Positions 53,630 through 63,435 of a DNA stretch of 64,000 bases are shown here, in pieces. The position numbers were made by a program, and so were the translations under genes. The notes beneath the pieces were generated by a model, which made no database searches, was not told the DNA's origin, and saw nothing but the letters and a program-made list of their open reading frames with translations. Source of the DNA: Eubacteriales bacterium (GTDB lineage Bacteria > Bacillota > Clostridia > Oscillospirales > JAAYXM01); NCBI GenBank assembly GCA_045580305.1, contig JAZNNQ010000035.1, forward strand, positions 15,437 through 79,436, in the 5' to 3' direction. How positions within the stretch are numbered: position 1 is the stretch's first letter; each line of letters opens with the position of its first letter.

Positions 53630-55874
53630 AGTTAAAGAACTCCTTTACCGCCTCACCGTTTTTGCGCTCATTTTCGCGTATTGTACGGGTGGCATTTTGT
53701 AATTTCTCGCTCATATCCTCGCTTAAAGCAAGGTCTACATAGGAAATAAGCTTATCACTTGTAAATTCATCGTACTCCATACACAGCTCGCCGCCGATAT
53801 AGTGCATAAAATTGGACACCTTTTCATCATAAGAGATGCCCACAACCGGAACGCCCTGCCCTGCGCCAAAGACCAGCGCGTGAAGTCGCATGGCAACAAT
53901 AAGCTTCATTTTTGATAAAATTCCGATCATAGCATAGACATCGTACTCGCCGCGGAGGATTATAGCCTCGTTTTTCATCTTAGCGGAAATGGCCTCTGCA
54001 ATGGGCAGGTCGCGCCCGCGCTCCATTGGCACAAGCACCGGCGTAAGTCCGTGTTTTTCGGCTATATAATCGGCAACTTTTGCGATTTCCGGAAGCTTTT
54101 TATCAAAATTCTTCCATTTTCGCATTGCAATACACACATAACTTCCCGAAAGCTCCAGCCCCTCGCTGAAAAATGCGCTCTGTATCACCGCATCATCTGC
54201 CGGCTGTAAATTGAGTGTGGGATCAGCCGCAAGGTGCATTGCCGGTCTTTTTACGCCCATACGGGAAAGCTCATTGAGTGAGTCAGGCTCACGCAGGGTG
54301 ATAACACTGGCACACTTGTCGATAATTTTAGCAGATATTTTGCGGTTAAACTTGCCGCTTACCGGTCCTATTCCGCAGCCGTACATCATTACCTTGCAGC
54401 CGCAAAGTTTCGCCATTCTGAGCGTAAACAGGTAGAACCAAAGGCTTCTGCTGCTGGTAGAGTCCTGAATAAGGCTTCCGCCTCCGTTTATATAAAGGTG
54501 GGATTTTCTAAATGCCGAGATCATTTTAAGAGGGTTGAAGGTGTAGATGCTTCGCACCCTGTAATCAAGCATTGTCTGCTTGGGATCTCTCGACATTACA
54601 CAAAGGCGGATGTCCGGTGAAATTTCGGAAAGTTCCTTGCTTACCGCCTTTAAAATCGCGTCATCGCCCGCGTTACCCCTGCCGTAAGATCCGCAGATGG
54701 TGACCTGTGGTCGTTTCTTTTTATCGCACTCTATACCTCTTAGCACCTTGTGGTAAATGCTTATCTGGTCGGATATCATCTTTTCAAGAGAGTATAATGT
54801 GCTTGCCTTGTCGTAGAGTTTTTTTGCCATATCCGCACGGACATCGGGATTTTCGTATAGATACTGCAGATGCTCTGCCAATTTTTCCACATCCTGCGGC
54901 TTAAATAGCAGTCCGTTTGCGCCCGAATCGATAAGTAGCGGAAGACTGCCCACCGAGCTTGCGACCATAGTACAATTTGAACGAATAGCCTCCAGCACGC
55001 TATAGGGGAAACCCTCACTGAGCGATGAGAGCAGGTTGATGTCGGTTGCGTTGAGGAATGTGTCCATATCGGAGACCCAACCTGCAAAAAATACACGATC
55101 GGTCAAATTAAGCTCCTCGGTAAGTGACTTTAAATTTTCCCGCTCCTCCCCGTCGCCGCCGATTATGAAATACAGTTTCGGGCAAACATCTTTTATTTTG
55201 GCTATTGCGCGGAGTATTGTGCCAATGTCCTTTACCGGGTGTAGTCTTGCGGCAATTCCGCATACAACGGTGTCCTCATCCGCTGTAACACCGAAGGTGG
55301 AAAGATATTCCGCCTTTGTCATTTTCGGCTGACGGGGAGTTTTAAAATCCAGACCGTTATTTAAGACCTGTACCTGGTAGGGGTCAAAGCCGCGGTCGAT
55401 GAGCATATCGGCAAAAATGTCGGTAACGCCCACATAGCCGTTAAGCCTTCTGAGCGCTAATGCATTCAGCACGCCAAAGGTGTACTGTTTTTTGAAATTT
55501 CCCATATAATCGAGGCGCCAATCGCTATGGACGGTGGTAATCACCGGTATCTTACAGCTTTTTTTCACAAGCGCACCCATAACATTTGCCTTTGAACCAT
55601 GGCAATGCACCAGGTCAAAGCCGCCATCAATGATAAACCTCTTCAGTTCCTTAATATCACGAAGGGGGTTTTTCGTATGTATTACGCGGATATTGATGCC
55701 CATTTTTCGCGCATCATCCGCAAACTCACCCTCTCTGAGGCTGATGAGCACCACATCTATCTGCTTTGACATCTCGGCAACAAGAGAGAGCACATGGGTC
55801 TTTGCGCCGCCCACATCACCGCCGCCGATTATATGAACTACCTTCATATTACTTCTCCTATCATAAATTTCCAA
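53622..55874 (-). CDS. Fusion: N-terminal GT4-type glycosyltransferase plus C-terminal polysaccharide pyruvyl transferase (CsaB-like)
   Basis: 750 aa. Residues 10 to about 375 are GT-B (VHIIGGGDVGGAKTHV..., SLSEGFPYSVLEAIRSNCTMVASSVG). Residues from about 385 to 750 carry CsaB-type motifs (ICGSYGRGNAGDDAIL, LYINGGGSLIQDSTS, YGCGIGPV, MRLHALVFGAGQGVPVVGISYDEKV). Confidence 0.75.
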   Translation of the reverse strand: MEIYDRRSNMKVVHIIGGGDVGGAKTHVLSLVAEMSKQIDVVLISLREGEFADDARKMGINIRVIHTKNPLRDIKELKRFIIDGGFDLVHCHGSKANVMGALVKKSCKIPVITTVHSDWRLDYMGNFKKQYTFGVLNALALRRLNGYVGVTDIFADMLIDRGFDPYQVQVLNNGLDFKTPRQPKMTKAEYLSTFGVTADEDTVVCGIAARLHPVKDIGTILRAIAKIKDVCPKLYFIIGGDGEERENLKSLTEELNLTDRVFFAGWVSDMDTFLNATDINLLSSLSEGFPYSVLEAIRSNCTMVASSVGSLPLLIDSGANGLLFKPQDVEKLAEHLQYLYENPDVRADMAKKLYDKASTLYSLEKMISDQISIYHKVLRGIECDKKKRPQVTICGSYGRGNAGDDAILKAVSKELSEISPDIRLCVMSRDPKQTMLDYRVRSIYTFNPLKMISAFRKSHLYINGGGSLIQDSTSSRSLWFYLFTLRMAKLCGCKVMMYGCGIGPVSGKFNRKISAKIIDKCASVITLREPDSLNELSRMGVKRPAMHLAADPTLNLQPADDAVIQSAFFSEGLELSGSYVCIAMRKWKNFDKKLPEIAKVADYIAEKHGLTPVLVPMERGRDLPIAEAISAKMKNEAIILRGEYDVYAMIGILSKMKLIVAMRLHALVFGAGQGVPVVGISYDEKVSNFMHYIGGELCMEYDEFTSDKLISYVDLALSEDMSEKLQNATRTIRENERKNGEAVKEFFNYG

Positions 55875-55968
55875 GGAAAGACTTGTGATATTTTCTTTTA
55901 TATTATATAATAAGGATTAAAGACGGTCAAGCGACCGAGAAATAATTTGAAGATTTTTGGAGGTAGCT

Positions 55969-56472
55969 ATGAAAATCATAAATGAAAAAGGAAAACTTTT
56001 CGGCATTATTAATCCGGTTGATTTAATCGTTATTGTTGCTGTTATCGCGCTTATCGCCGCTGTTGGTGTTAAATTCCTTCGCTCACCGGTTGAGGCGGCT
56101 GTTGCTCCCAAGCAGGAGATGGAGGTTGAGCTTCGCATTCGCGGTGCTATGCCCTCTCTCGTCGAGGCAGCTTGTGCAATTGAGCCGGGCACAAAACTTG
56201 TTGCAGGTAACGACTATATTGCCGATGCAAGCGTTGTTTCGGTAAATGTTGAGCCATATGTATACACGGTTGCAGACTCCAACGGTATCACCGTTGAGAC
56301 TACCGACCCGATAAAGAGCGATATTACCATTGTCATCAAGGGCAAAGGCTCTCCCGATGACGCTATTTTAAAAATCGGTAATCAGGAAATCAGAACCGGT
56401 CGCGGCTTTATTTTCAAAACAAATACGGTTGAGACCAACGCTATTATTTACGCGGTGAAATTTAATGGATAA
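55969..56472 (+). CDS. DUF4330-family protein (N-terminal TM anchor)
   Basis: MKIINEKGKLFGIINPVDLIVIVAVIALIAAVGVKFL... is the N-terminal pattern I associate with DUF4330. Start at ATG 55969 follows GGAGG. It overlaps the next gene by 8 nt. Confidence 0.55.
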   Translation: MKIINEKGKLFGIINPVDLIVIVAVIALIAAVGVKFLRSPVEAAVAPKQEMEVELRIRGAMPSLVEAACAIEPGTKLVAGNDYIADASVVSVNVEPYVYTVADSNGITVETTDPIKSDITIVIKGKGSPDDAILKIGNQEIRTGRGFIFKTNTVETNAIIYAVKFNG

Positions 56473-58039
56473 TGTTATTCTGACCTGTGCCATCGCGCGC
56501 CTTTTCGCCTTTTGCAGGGATGTGTATTCAAAAAGCGTTTTGGCGAAGGTTCTGGGAAAGATTAAGGAGTTGTTTTTAAAATCCGCTCTGTATCGTGTGT
56601 TTTGTTCCTTTTTATCCATTCCCAGTACACTGCCCTATTCCCGAAGCTATAAACTGCTTTATAAGTTCAACAGCGCACTTTCCCGCTTTGGCGATAAAAT
56701 ATACGGCAGTATAAGCAAAAGTATTTTTTATCGCGCGTTCAAGGCATTTTCAAACAGTAAATTCGTAAATCGGAGTGTGATACTGAGCACCTTCAAAAAA
56801 CTTGGTGTTCGCGGTCTTATAATCATCGCTTTAGGTATGAACCTGCCTATTGACTGGTTTATACGCGATGTTGCAAAGATCAGCGCTCTCGGCTCTATCT
56901 GGGACGAGGCACTTATGATGCTCTGCATCGTGTACATTCTCTGGCGTCTTACCTTTACAAAAGGAAAGCCGCTAAAGCCCCGTATGACCCCGGTGGATGC
57001 ACCGCTTCTTCTCTTTATGTGTGTGGGAATTCTTGTAATGGTTATGGTTTCCCCTGTTATGAGCGTTGCAATCGCAGGTTATCGTGCGGTTTGCCAGTCT
57101 ATGATATGGTTCTTCATTTTGACCCGTTTAATTGAGGACGACCGCGACTTAAAGCTTTTCTTCGGCTCCCTTTGTGTTATGAGCCTTGTCATCGGTCTCC
57201 ACGGTATCTATCAGTATGTTATCGGCGCGCCCATGCCCGAGCAATGGGTTGCCGCGTCTGAGACCACCGATATGCGAACACGCATTTATTCCATTACCGG
57301 AAGTCCTAATATTATGGGTGCTCTTATGGTAATGTGTGCTCCCCTATTTGCGGCCCTTGCATATTATGTGAAACCCCTTTGGGCGAAATGTCTTGCCTGG
57401 GGCGCTACCGGAATTCTGTGTCTTGCGGTTATCTTTACCTTCTCACGCGGTGCGTGGTTTGGTCTTGCAATCGCGGTTGTTCTTTTCTGCCTTATGGTGG
57501 ATTTCAAGCTTCTTGCCATTGCAGGTGTTGCGGTTGGCGGTATGATTCTTTTCGTGCCCGCTATCGGCGATCGTATAGGCTTTCTCTTTACCTCCGACTT
57601 TGCCCAGGCTAACAGCAACGGCGGCAGAGCCGAGCGTTGGGAAACCGGCTTTAACCTGCTTCGCACAAGTCCCGTATGGGGATTTGGCTTGGGTCGTTTT
57701 GGCGGTGCTATCGCTATGCAGAACCAGACAGTTGAGGGTCTGTCCTATTTCTATATGGACAATTATTATATGAAGACCCTTGTGGAAATGGGCTATGTTG
57801 GTCTTTCTTTCTATGTCCTGCTCCTGGTTTCAAATGCGGTTTACACCCTGCGTGGCCTTTTCCGCGCCAAGAAAACCAAACTCCGCATATTGGCTGCGGG
57901 TATGTTCAGCGGTATGGTGGGTGTCCTTTCCCACTCCTTCTTTGAAAATATTTTTGAAGAGCCGTATATGAACTCATATTTCTGGTGTATGGCGGCGGCA
58001 ATTATGTATATCTGCTACCTTCGCAAGAGAAAAGCATAG
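56465..58039 (+). CDS. O-antigen ligase/polymerase-like (Wzy_C domain) polytopic membrane protein
   Basis: 524 aa with more than 10 TM segments and the Wzy_C-type loop FTFSRGAWFGLAIAVVLF...NGGRAERWETGFNLL...GFGLGRFGG. Confidence 0.75.
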   Translation: MDNVILTCAIARLFAFCRDVYSKSVLAKVLGKIKELFLKSALYRVFCSFLSIPSTLPYSRSYKLLYKFNSALSRFGDKIYGSISKSIFYRAFKAFSNSKFVNRSVILSTFKKLGVRGLIIIALGMNLPIDWFIRDVAKISALGSIWDEALMMLCIVYILWRLTFTKGKPLKPRMTPVDAPLLLFMCVGILVMVMVSPVMSVAIAGYRAVCQSMIWFFILTRLIEDDRDLKLFFGSLCVMSLVIGLHGIYQYVIGAPMPEQWVAASETTDMRTRIYSITGSPNIMGALMVMCAPLFAALAYYVKPLWAKCLAWGATGILCLAVIFTFSRGAWFGLAIAVVLFCLMVDFKLLAIAGVAVGGMILFVPAIGDRIGFLFTSDFAQANSNGGRAERWETGFNLLRTSPVWGFGLGRFGGAIAMQNQTVEGLSYFYMDNYYMKTLVEMGYVGLSFYVLLLVSNAVYTLRGLFRAKKTKLRILAAGMFSGMVGVLSHSFFENIFEEPYMNSYFWCMAAAIMYICYLRKRKA

Positions 58040-58045
58040 TAAAAA

Positions 58046-58067
58046 GGGTGCTGCGGCACCCTTTTTT
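58046..58067 (+). terminator. Terminator after the O-antigen-ligase-like gene
   Basis: gggtgc-tgcg-gcaccc followed by TTTTTT. Confidence 0.75.
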
Positions 58068-58130
58068 ATTTACAAAATATTAACTACTTAAGCCAAATAT
58101 AGTGTATAATAGGCTTATGGAGGTGTTTTT

Positions 58131-58826
58131 ATGAACACTAAAATTTTAATTGTTGAAGACGACCCGAATATTGCGGAGCTTATCCGCCTTTACCTTGAAA
58201 AGGACGGTTTCAGTGTGGCTCACGCCGAAGACGGCCTTAAGGCGGTTGAAATGTTTTCAAGCTTTCAGCCCGACCTTGTGCTTCTGGACATTATGCTTCC
58301 GAAGCTTGACGGCTGGGGTGTGTGCCGCGAGATAAGAAAAACAAGCGCTACGCCTATAATTATGCTTACCGCAAAGGATGAGACCATAGACAAGATTATG
58401 GGTCTTGATATCGGTGCGGACGATTATATTTCCAAGCCCTTTGATATGAAGGAGGTGCTTGCCAGAATTCGCGCGGTGCTCAGACGCTCTCAGACCGAGG
58501 AAAAGGTTTCTCCCTCCAATGTGCTTTCCTTTGAAAACCTTACAATTGATATGTCCGCATATCAGGTTGAAATAAACGGTAAGCGCGTTGACCTTCCACC
58601 CAAAGAATTAGAACTTTTAAACTTCCTTGCAAGTCATCCCAACCGCGTTTTTACCCGAAACCAGCTGCTTGACGATGTTTGGGGGTTTGAATATTTCGGC
58701 GATTCCCGTACGGTAGATGTTCATGTCAAGCGCCTTCGCGAGAAAATCGACGGTGTAAGTAACCAGTGGTCACTTAAGACCGTTTGGGGCGTTGGCTACA
58801 AGTTTGAAGTTATAGAAAAGGCTTAG
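58131..58826 (+). CDS. OmpR/PhoB-family response regulator
   Basis: 231 aa with a receiver domain (ILIVEDDP, DLVLLDIMLPKLDG, LTAK) and a winged-helix output (RVFTRNQLL...TVWGVGYKF). Confidence 0.93.
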   Translation: MNTKILIVEDDPNIAELIRLYLEKDGFSVAHAEDGLKAVEMFSSFQPDLVLLDIMLPKLDGWGVCREIRKTSATPIIMLTAKDETIDKIMGLDIGADDYISKPFDMKEVLARIRAVLRRSQTEEKVSPSNVLSFENLTIDMSAYQVEINGKRVDLPPKELELLNFLASHPNRVFTRNQLLDDVWGFEYFGDSRTVDVHVKRLREKIDGVSNQWSLKTVWGVGYKFEVIEKA

Positions 58827-58834
58827 GTGCTTAT

Positions 58835-60244
58835 ATGCGCAAAAATGTTTTATATAAATACTTCACCTTGGGCGCCGCACTGCTTCTTGCCAGCTTTATT
58901 ATTTTAGGTATCGGTATGTCCGCCCAGGTATATAACTATTCTGTGGCGGAAAAGGAAAAGAGTCTCGGCTATTCCGCTACCCGCATTTCATCTATGACCA
59001 CCGAGATCTTATCACAGTTCAGTTCAATTCGCCAGCACACATTTCAGATGCTCATCTCCACCACCTTGGCGGACAGCAGTATGAGCGCGGTGCTGTGTGA
59101 CAAGAACGGGCGCATGATCGTTACCTCCGAAAATGTACCTAATGTAAGAGATGTGCTGATACCCACAGACGCGGTGACAAAAACGATAAAGCACCGTTAC
59201 TTCTCAAGCTCCGGTGCCCTTCCCGCTATATACAGAGGCGAGCATTATACCGTTGGCGTGCCCTATTATGACCATACCGGTAAGGTTGCCGGTTGTGTTT
59301 TCGTCACCTCTATGATATCTGATATGCGCGGGCTTCTTATGGCGATCATCCGCATATTCCTGATCTCTGCGCTGGTGGTTTTCTTCATTATGCTTGTGGC
59401 GGCATATATCGGCTCCCGCAGCATTACCCGTCCTATCAAGCGCATTTCAATCGCGGCGCGGCAGTTTGCTCACGGCGATTTTGCCGTTCGCGTGCCGGTC
59501 AAGAGTAATGACGAGATAGGCGAGTTGTCGCAGTCCTTCAACTCCATGGCTGATACCATCGAAAAATCCGAGGAATTAAGACGCTCCTTCGTTGCCAATG
59601 TATCCCACGAGCTTCGTTCACCTATGACCTCTATCGGCGGCTATGTGGACGGAATTTTAGACGGTACTATCCCCCAGGAAAATGAGAAAAAGTATCTTGA
59701 AATAATTTCAAGCGAGGTAAAGCGTCTGTCCCGTCTTGTAAGTCGTATGCTTGACATTACAAGGCTCCAGGCAGAGGATTTCTCACACAGTGCGGTCAAA
59801 TACGACTTTTGCGAGCAGGTTCGTCGTGTGATCATCGGCTTTGAGCCGAAGATTGCGGAAAAGAACATAAATATAAATGTTTTCTTCTCTCAGGAGCGAA
59901 TTGACCTTTTTGCCAATGAGGATGCGATTTTCCAAGTGGTTTACAATCTGCTTGAAAACGCGATGAAATTTTCAAATGACAGCTCGGACATAAATATTGA
60001 TGTCACCACCGGCGGCGGACGGCTTATATTCAGCATTAAAAACTTCGGCAAAGACATACCCGCCGAGGAACTGCCCTATATTTTTGACCGTTTTCACAAG
60101 GCGGACAAGTCCCGCGGTAGAGATAAGGTAGGCCTTGGTCTTGGTCTTTACATCGTTAAAACCATCATCAACCAGCACAACGGCGATGTAGGTGCCTCGA
60201 GTGAGGATGGTGTGACCGTATTCTATTTTTCATTACCCATATAA
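58835..60244 (+). CDS. Sensor histidine kinase (two TM segments, HAMP, HisKA, HATPase_c)
   Basis: 469 aa with the H-box FVANVSHELRSPMTSI, the N-box NLLENAMKFS and G-boxes (GLGLGLYIVK). A sensor loop of about 150 aa lies between the TM segments. Confidence 0.92.
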   Translation: MRKNVLYKYFTLGAALLLASFIILGIGMSAQVYNYSVAEKEKSLGYSATRISSMTTEILSQFSSIRQHTFQMLISTTLADSSMSAVLCDKNGRMIVTSENVPNVRDVLIPTDAVTKTIKHRYFSSSGALPAIYRGEHYTVGVPYYDHTGKVAGCVFVTSMISDMRGLLMAIIRIFLISALVVFFIMLVAAYIGSRSITRPIKRISIAARQFAHGDFAVRVPVKSNDEIGELSQSFNSMADTIEKSEELRRSFVANVSHELRSPMTSIGGYVDGILDGTIPQENEKKYLEIISSEVKRLSRLVSRMLDITRLQAEDFSHSAVKYDFCEQVRRVIIGFEPKIAEKNININVFFSQERIDLFANEDAIFQVVYNLLENAMKFSNDSSDINIDVTTGGGRLIFSIKNFGKDIPAEELPYIFDRFHKADKSRGRDKVGLGLGLYIVKTIINQHNGDVGASSEDGVTVFYFSLPI

Positions 60245-60250
60245 ACAGCA

Positions 60251-60283
60251 CAAGAGGAAGCAAAGTAACTTTGCTTCCTCTTG
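60251..60283 (+). terminator. Terminator after the histidine kinase gene
   Basis: A 15-bp perfect stem caagaggaagcaaag / ctttgcttcctcttg with loop taac, followed by an A/T-rich tail. Confidence 0.75.
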
Positions 60284-60423
60284 ATTAATTATTGTTAAAA
60301 TTCCCTTCCGATAAGCGTTTTATCCATCAGGTGTCATCCATCCTGCGTAATAGCGTGTAAGCACGGTACCTTGCCGCCGCCCGAATAAAATTTACCTTTT
60401 GGCACTATCGTTACAAATAAAAG

Positions 60424-60470
60424 AAGATGATGTGGAATCCTACGACTTTAATAGGATACCACATCATCTT
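60424..60470 (-). terminator. Terminator after the SLH-protein gene
   Basis: A 17-bp stem aagatgatgtggaatcc / ggataccacatcatctt (one mismatch, 13-nt loop) is followed on the minus strand by CTTTTATTTG. Confidence 0.7.
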
Positions 60471-60512
60471 GTGTTTGTCGTTTAAAATTTTATTACATTT
60501 AGTATCAAATAG

Positions 60513-61634
60513 TTACAAACGAGGCGTCTTGACTTTTGCAATGGCGGTAGTTGATGCTGATTTTGAAACCACACCTGCACCAACAAGTTTATCCAGCAGT
60601 GTAATTTCACTACCCTTTACATTCGCAAATAGCGCATAGTAGGAGATATACGCCATATGATCGCGCACAAAGCTGTTTTTGGTGAGCATTAAATGCTCGC
60701 CCTCGGTTATATTACCGATGCTTTTTGCAAAATTCACCGCCTTGTCCCACTTGAAGTCGCCCTTGGTGTCCTCATAGCCGAGAGCGCGGAGCAGGAAGGT
60801 CATATAGTGGTTTGCGGTAGTCATATTTCCCGGACCGAACTTGGTTGCGGATATTCCGTTGGTATAGCCCTTGTAATAGGCATAGGCAACATATCTGTCC
60901 ACCCATTCGGGCACATCGGTAAAGGGGTGACCACCCTTATACTTAAGAGCCGCGTTCTCCTCGCCCAACAGACGAAGGAGCATAACAAGCGCCTCGGCGC
61001 GTGTTGCGCCGCGGTCAAGTTCATAGCCTATATTACTGCCTCTGAAAAGATTCATCGCCTTCAGCGCGTCCGCACGGTCAAAGTATACCGCACGGTAGCG
61101 CAGTGAAATAACTCTGTAAACGCCGTCCACCATAAGGGTCGCACGGTCAGAGGTTATTTTAATACCCGCGCCACTGCTTTTTGGTATCATATAGTTGGTG
61201 TTCTGTGAAACCGCACTGCCAACCTTTGCATCCGCACCCTTTGTGACATTTACAATAGTGTCATTTGCCACCACGGCGCTACCCTCCTGCATAAAGAAGG
61301 TTGTGCCGGTAAGGGCGGAGAAAATATCATCCTTTTTAAGAACGATCTGTTCTCTACCGGTGGTAGAGTACATATAAAGGCCCTTCATCTGCAGTCGCTC
61401 CAGCACGCGGCGCGCCACATCCGCGACAGCGCCTGCCTTTGAGAAAACATCGGTATTCGGTGCTGTCGGAGTATTGAATGCCGATAGCACGGCTTGTTCC
61501 ATACTGTCCTCAAGCTGAGGGCGAAGTGTTTTATTAAGGTAGGAAAGGGATATTACCGTTTCACTTGACGCGATCGCCGCCATACCCATACACGCGATTA
61601 CGGCAAGTATGAGCGCAATAATTCTTTTTCTCAT
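60513..61634 (-). CDS. Secreted protein with C-terminal SLH (S-layer homology)-like repeats
   Basis: Start at ATG 61634 gives MRKRIIALILAVIACMGMAAIASS (signal peptide). The C-terminal half carries SLH-like segments (LDRGATRAEALVMLLRLLG; FTDVPEWVDRYVAYAYYKGYTNGISATKFGPGNMTTANHYMTFLLRALG). Confidence 0.65.
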   Translation of the reverse strand: MRKRIIALILAVIACMGMAAIASSETVISLSYLNKTLRPQLEDSMEQAVLSAFNTPTAPNTDVFSKAGAVADVARRVLERLQMKGLYMYSTTGREQIVLKKDDIFSALTGTTFFMQEGSAVVANDTIVNVTKGADAKVGSAVSQNTNYMIPKSSGAGIKITSDRATLMVDGVYRVISLRYRAVYFDRADALKAMNLFRGSNIGYELDRGATRAEALVMLLRLLGEENAALKYKGGHPFTDVPEWVDRYVAYAYYKGYTNGISATKFGPGNMTTANHYMTFLLRALGYEDTKGDFKWDKAVNFAKSIGNITEGEHLMLTKNSFVRDHMAYISYYALFANVKGSEITLLDKLVGAGVVSKSASTTAIAKVKTPRL

Positions 61635-61639
61635 AGCGC

Positions 61640-62266
61640 TTATTCCGTAACCTGATAGCACAGGGTCATAAGGCTATCCGTAAAATGCACATCCTCGATT
61701 ACAATGTGGGGATGTCTTCTCTTAAGATCCACATTTACGAAATTCCAGATGCCTCGAACGCCTAAATTCACAAGACGGTCAGACATTTCCGGTGCCGCCT
61801 TTTTAGGAAGTGCCAAAACAGCGATCTCAAAGGGCGTTTCCTTTGCAAATTCCTCAAGCTTGTCGGAATGAAGCACCGGTATATCCGCAATAGTCTTTCC
61901 CACAACATCGTCACCTACATCAAATGCACAAACAAGCTCAAAACCACATTTTGCAAAATTGAAATTGTGCAAAAGTGCATGTCCGATATTACCTACACCG
62001 ATAATAACCGCCTTCTTCATTTTATCCACGCCGAGAATTGTGGCTATCTCGACTATAAGGTTATCCACATTATAGCCGTAGCCCTGCTGACCGAAACCGC
62101 CAAAGCTGTTAAAATCCTGTCTGATCTGCGAAGCGGTAAGTCCCATATACTCCGCAAGTGTGCGAGATGAAATTTTGGTAACGCCGTCCTTTGAAAGCTC
62201 ATTAAGACAGCGATAATATTTCGGCATCCTACGGATTACCGCATTTGAGACCTGTCCTCTTTGCAT
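61640..62266 (-). CDS. rex: Redox-sensing transcriptional repressor Rex
   Basis: 208 aa. It has a winged-helix N-terminus (VIRRMPKYYRCLNEL...ISSRTLAEYMGLTASQIRQDFNSFGGFGQQGYGYNV) and a Rossmann domain (VIIGVGNIGHAL). Confidence 0.93.
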   Translation of the reverse strand: MQRGQVSNAVIRRMPKYYRCLNELSKDGVTKISSRTLAEYMGLTASQIRQDFNSFGGFGQQGYGYNVDNLIVEIATILGVDKMKKAVIIGVGNIGHALLHNFNFAKCGFELVCAFDVGDDVVGKTIADIPVLHSDKLEEFAKETPFEIAVLALPKKAAPEMSDRLVNLGVRGIWNFVNVDLKRRHPHIVIEDVHFTDSLMTLCYQVTE

Positions 62267-62289
62267 ACTATTCCTCTTCTCAAAAAAGT

Positions 62290-63435
62290 TTACTGGATTT
62301 TGCTCATTACGTAGTCGGCAAACTCAGCACAGGTAGCACCTGTGTCACGGCCGGTGATGACAACCTTCTTTTCCTCGTACATACAAATGTCAAGTGCGCG
62401 CTCAAGCTTCTTTGCAAGTTCTACCTCGCCGATATGCTCTAAAAGCATAACGGAAGCTCTGAGCATACTGCAGGGATCAGCGTACTTGTCGCGACCTTCT
62501 GCCACCATGCGGGGTGCAGAACCGTGAATAGCCTCAAACATTGCATAGCGCTTACCGATGTTAGCGCTACCTGCGGTACCAACACCGCCCTGGAACTCAG
62601 CCGCCTCGTCGGTAAGGATATCGCCGTAGAGGTTGGGAAGAACCATAACCTGGAAATCACGACGACGCTTCTCGTCAACTAATTTCGCGGTCATAATATC
62701 AATATACCAATCATCAAATGAAATATGCGGGTACTTTTCAGCAACCTTCTTGCAGATATTTAAGAACTTACCGTCGGTTGTCTTGATAACATTAGCCTTG
62801 GTAACAGCGGTTACGCGGCTTCTGCCCATACGGTTAGCATAGTCAAATGCAAGCTCGGCAATACGCTCGCTGCCCTGAGTGGTAGCGATGGTAAAGTCGA
62901 TTGCAAGATCGTCAGTTACATTAACGCCAAGACTGCCTACAGCGTAGCCGCCCTCGGTATTCTCACGGAAGAACATCCAGTCGATACCCTGATCCGGAAC
63001 CTTAACGGGGCGCATATTTGCGAAAAGGTCAAGTTCTTTTCTCATTGCAACATTCGCACTTTCAATATTCGGCCAGGGATCACCTGCGCGGGGTGTGGTG
63101 GTCGGGCCCTTTAAGAGCACATGGCACTCCTTGATTTCAGCAAGAACATCATCGGGGATAGCCTTGCCTGCAGCCGCGCGGTTCTCAATTGTAAGACCGT
63201 CGATAACGCGGAACTCGATCTTGCCTGCCTTTACCTTGTCTGCAAGTAAGGTTTCAAGTACGCGGTGAGACTCCTTAGTAATAGCCGGACCGATGCCGTC
63301 GCCGCCAAGAACACCGATAATGAGCTTGGGAAGCTTTGCATAATCGATAAAGTCGTTCTGTGCCTTCATATTTTCAATGCGCTTAAGCTGCATTTCAATA
63401 ATCTTTTCAAATGATTTGATAGTGTTTTCGTTCAT
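62290..63435 (-). CDS. Isocitrate/isopropylmalate dehydrogenase-family enzyme (probably NAD-dependent isocitrate dehydrogenase)
   Basis: 381 aa from ATG 63435 (AAGGTGGAG RBS). GVLGGDGIGPAI, NLYGDILTDEAAEFQGGVG and FEAIHGSAP are family motifs. Substrate not resolved (isocitrate, homoisocitrate or tartrate). Confidence 0.8.
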   Translation of the reverse strand: MNENTIKSFEKIIEMQLKRIENMKAQNDFIDYAKLPKLIIGVLGGDGIGPAITKESHRVLETLLADKVKAGKIEFRVIDGLTIENRAAAGKAIPDDVLAEIKECHVLLKGPTTTPRAGDPWPNIESANVAMRKELDLFANMRPVKVPDQGIDWMFFRENTEGGYAVGSLGVNVTDDLAIDFTIATTQGSERIAELAFDYANRMGRSRVTAVTKANVIKTTDGKFLNICKKVAEKYPHISFDDWYIDIMTAKLVDEKRRRDFQVMVLPNLYGDILTDEAAEFQGGVGTAGSANIGKRYAMFEAIHGSAPRMVAEGRDKYADPCSMLRASVMLLEHIGEVELAKKLERALDICMYEEKKVVITGRDTGATCAEFADYVMSKIQ

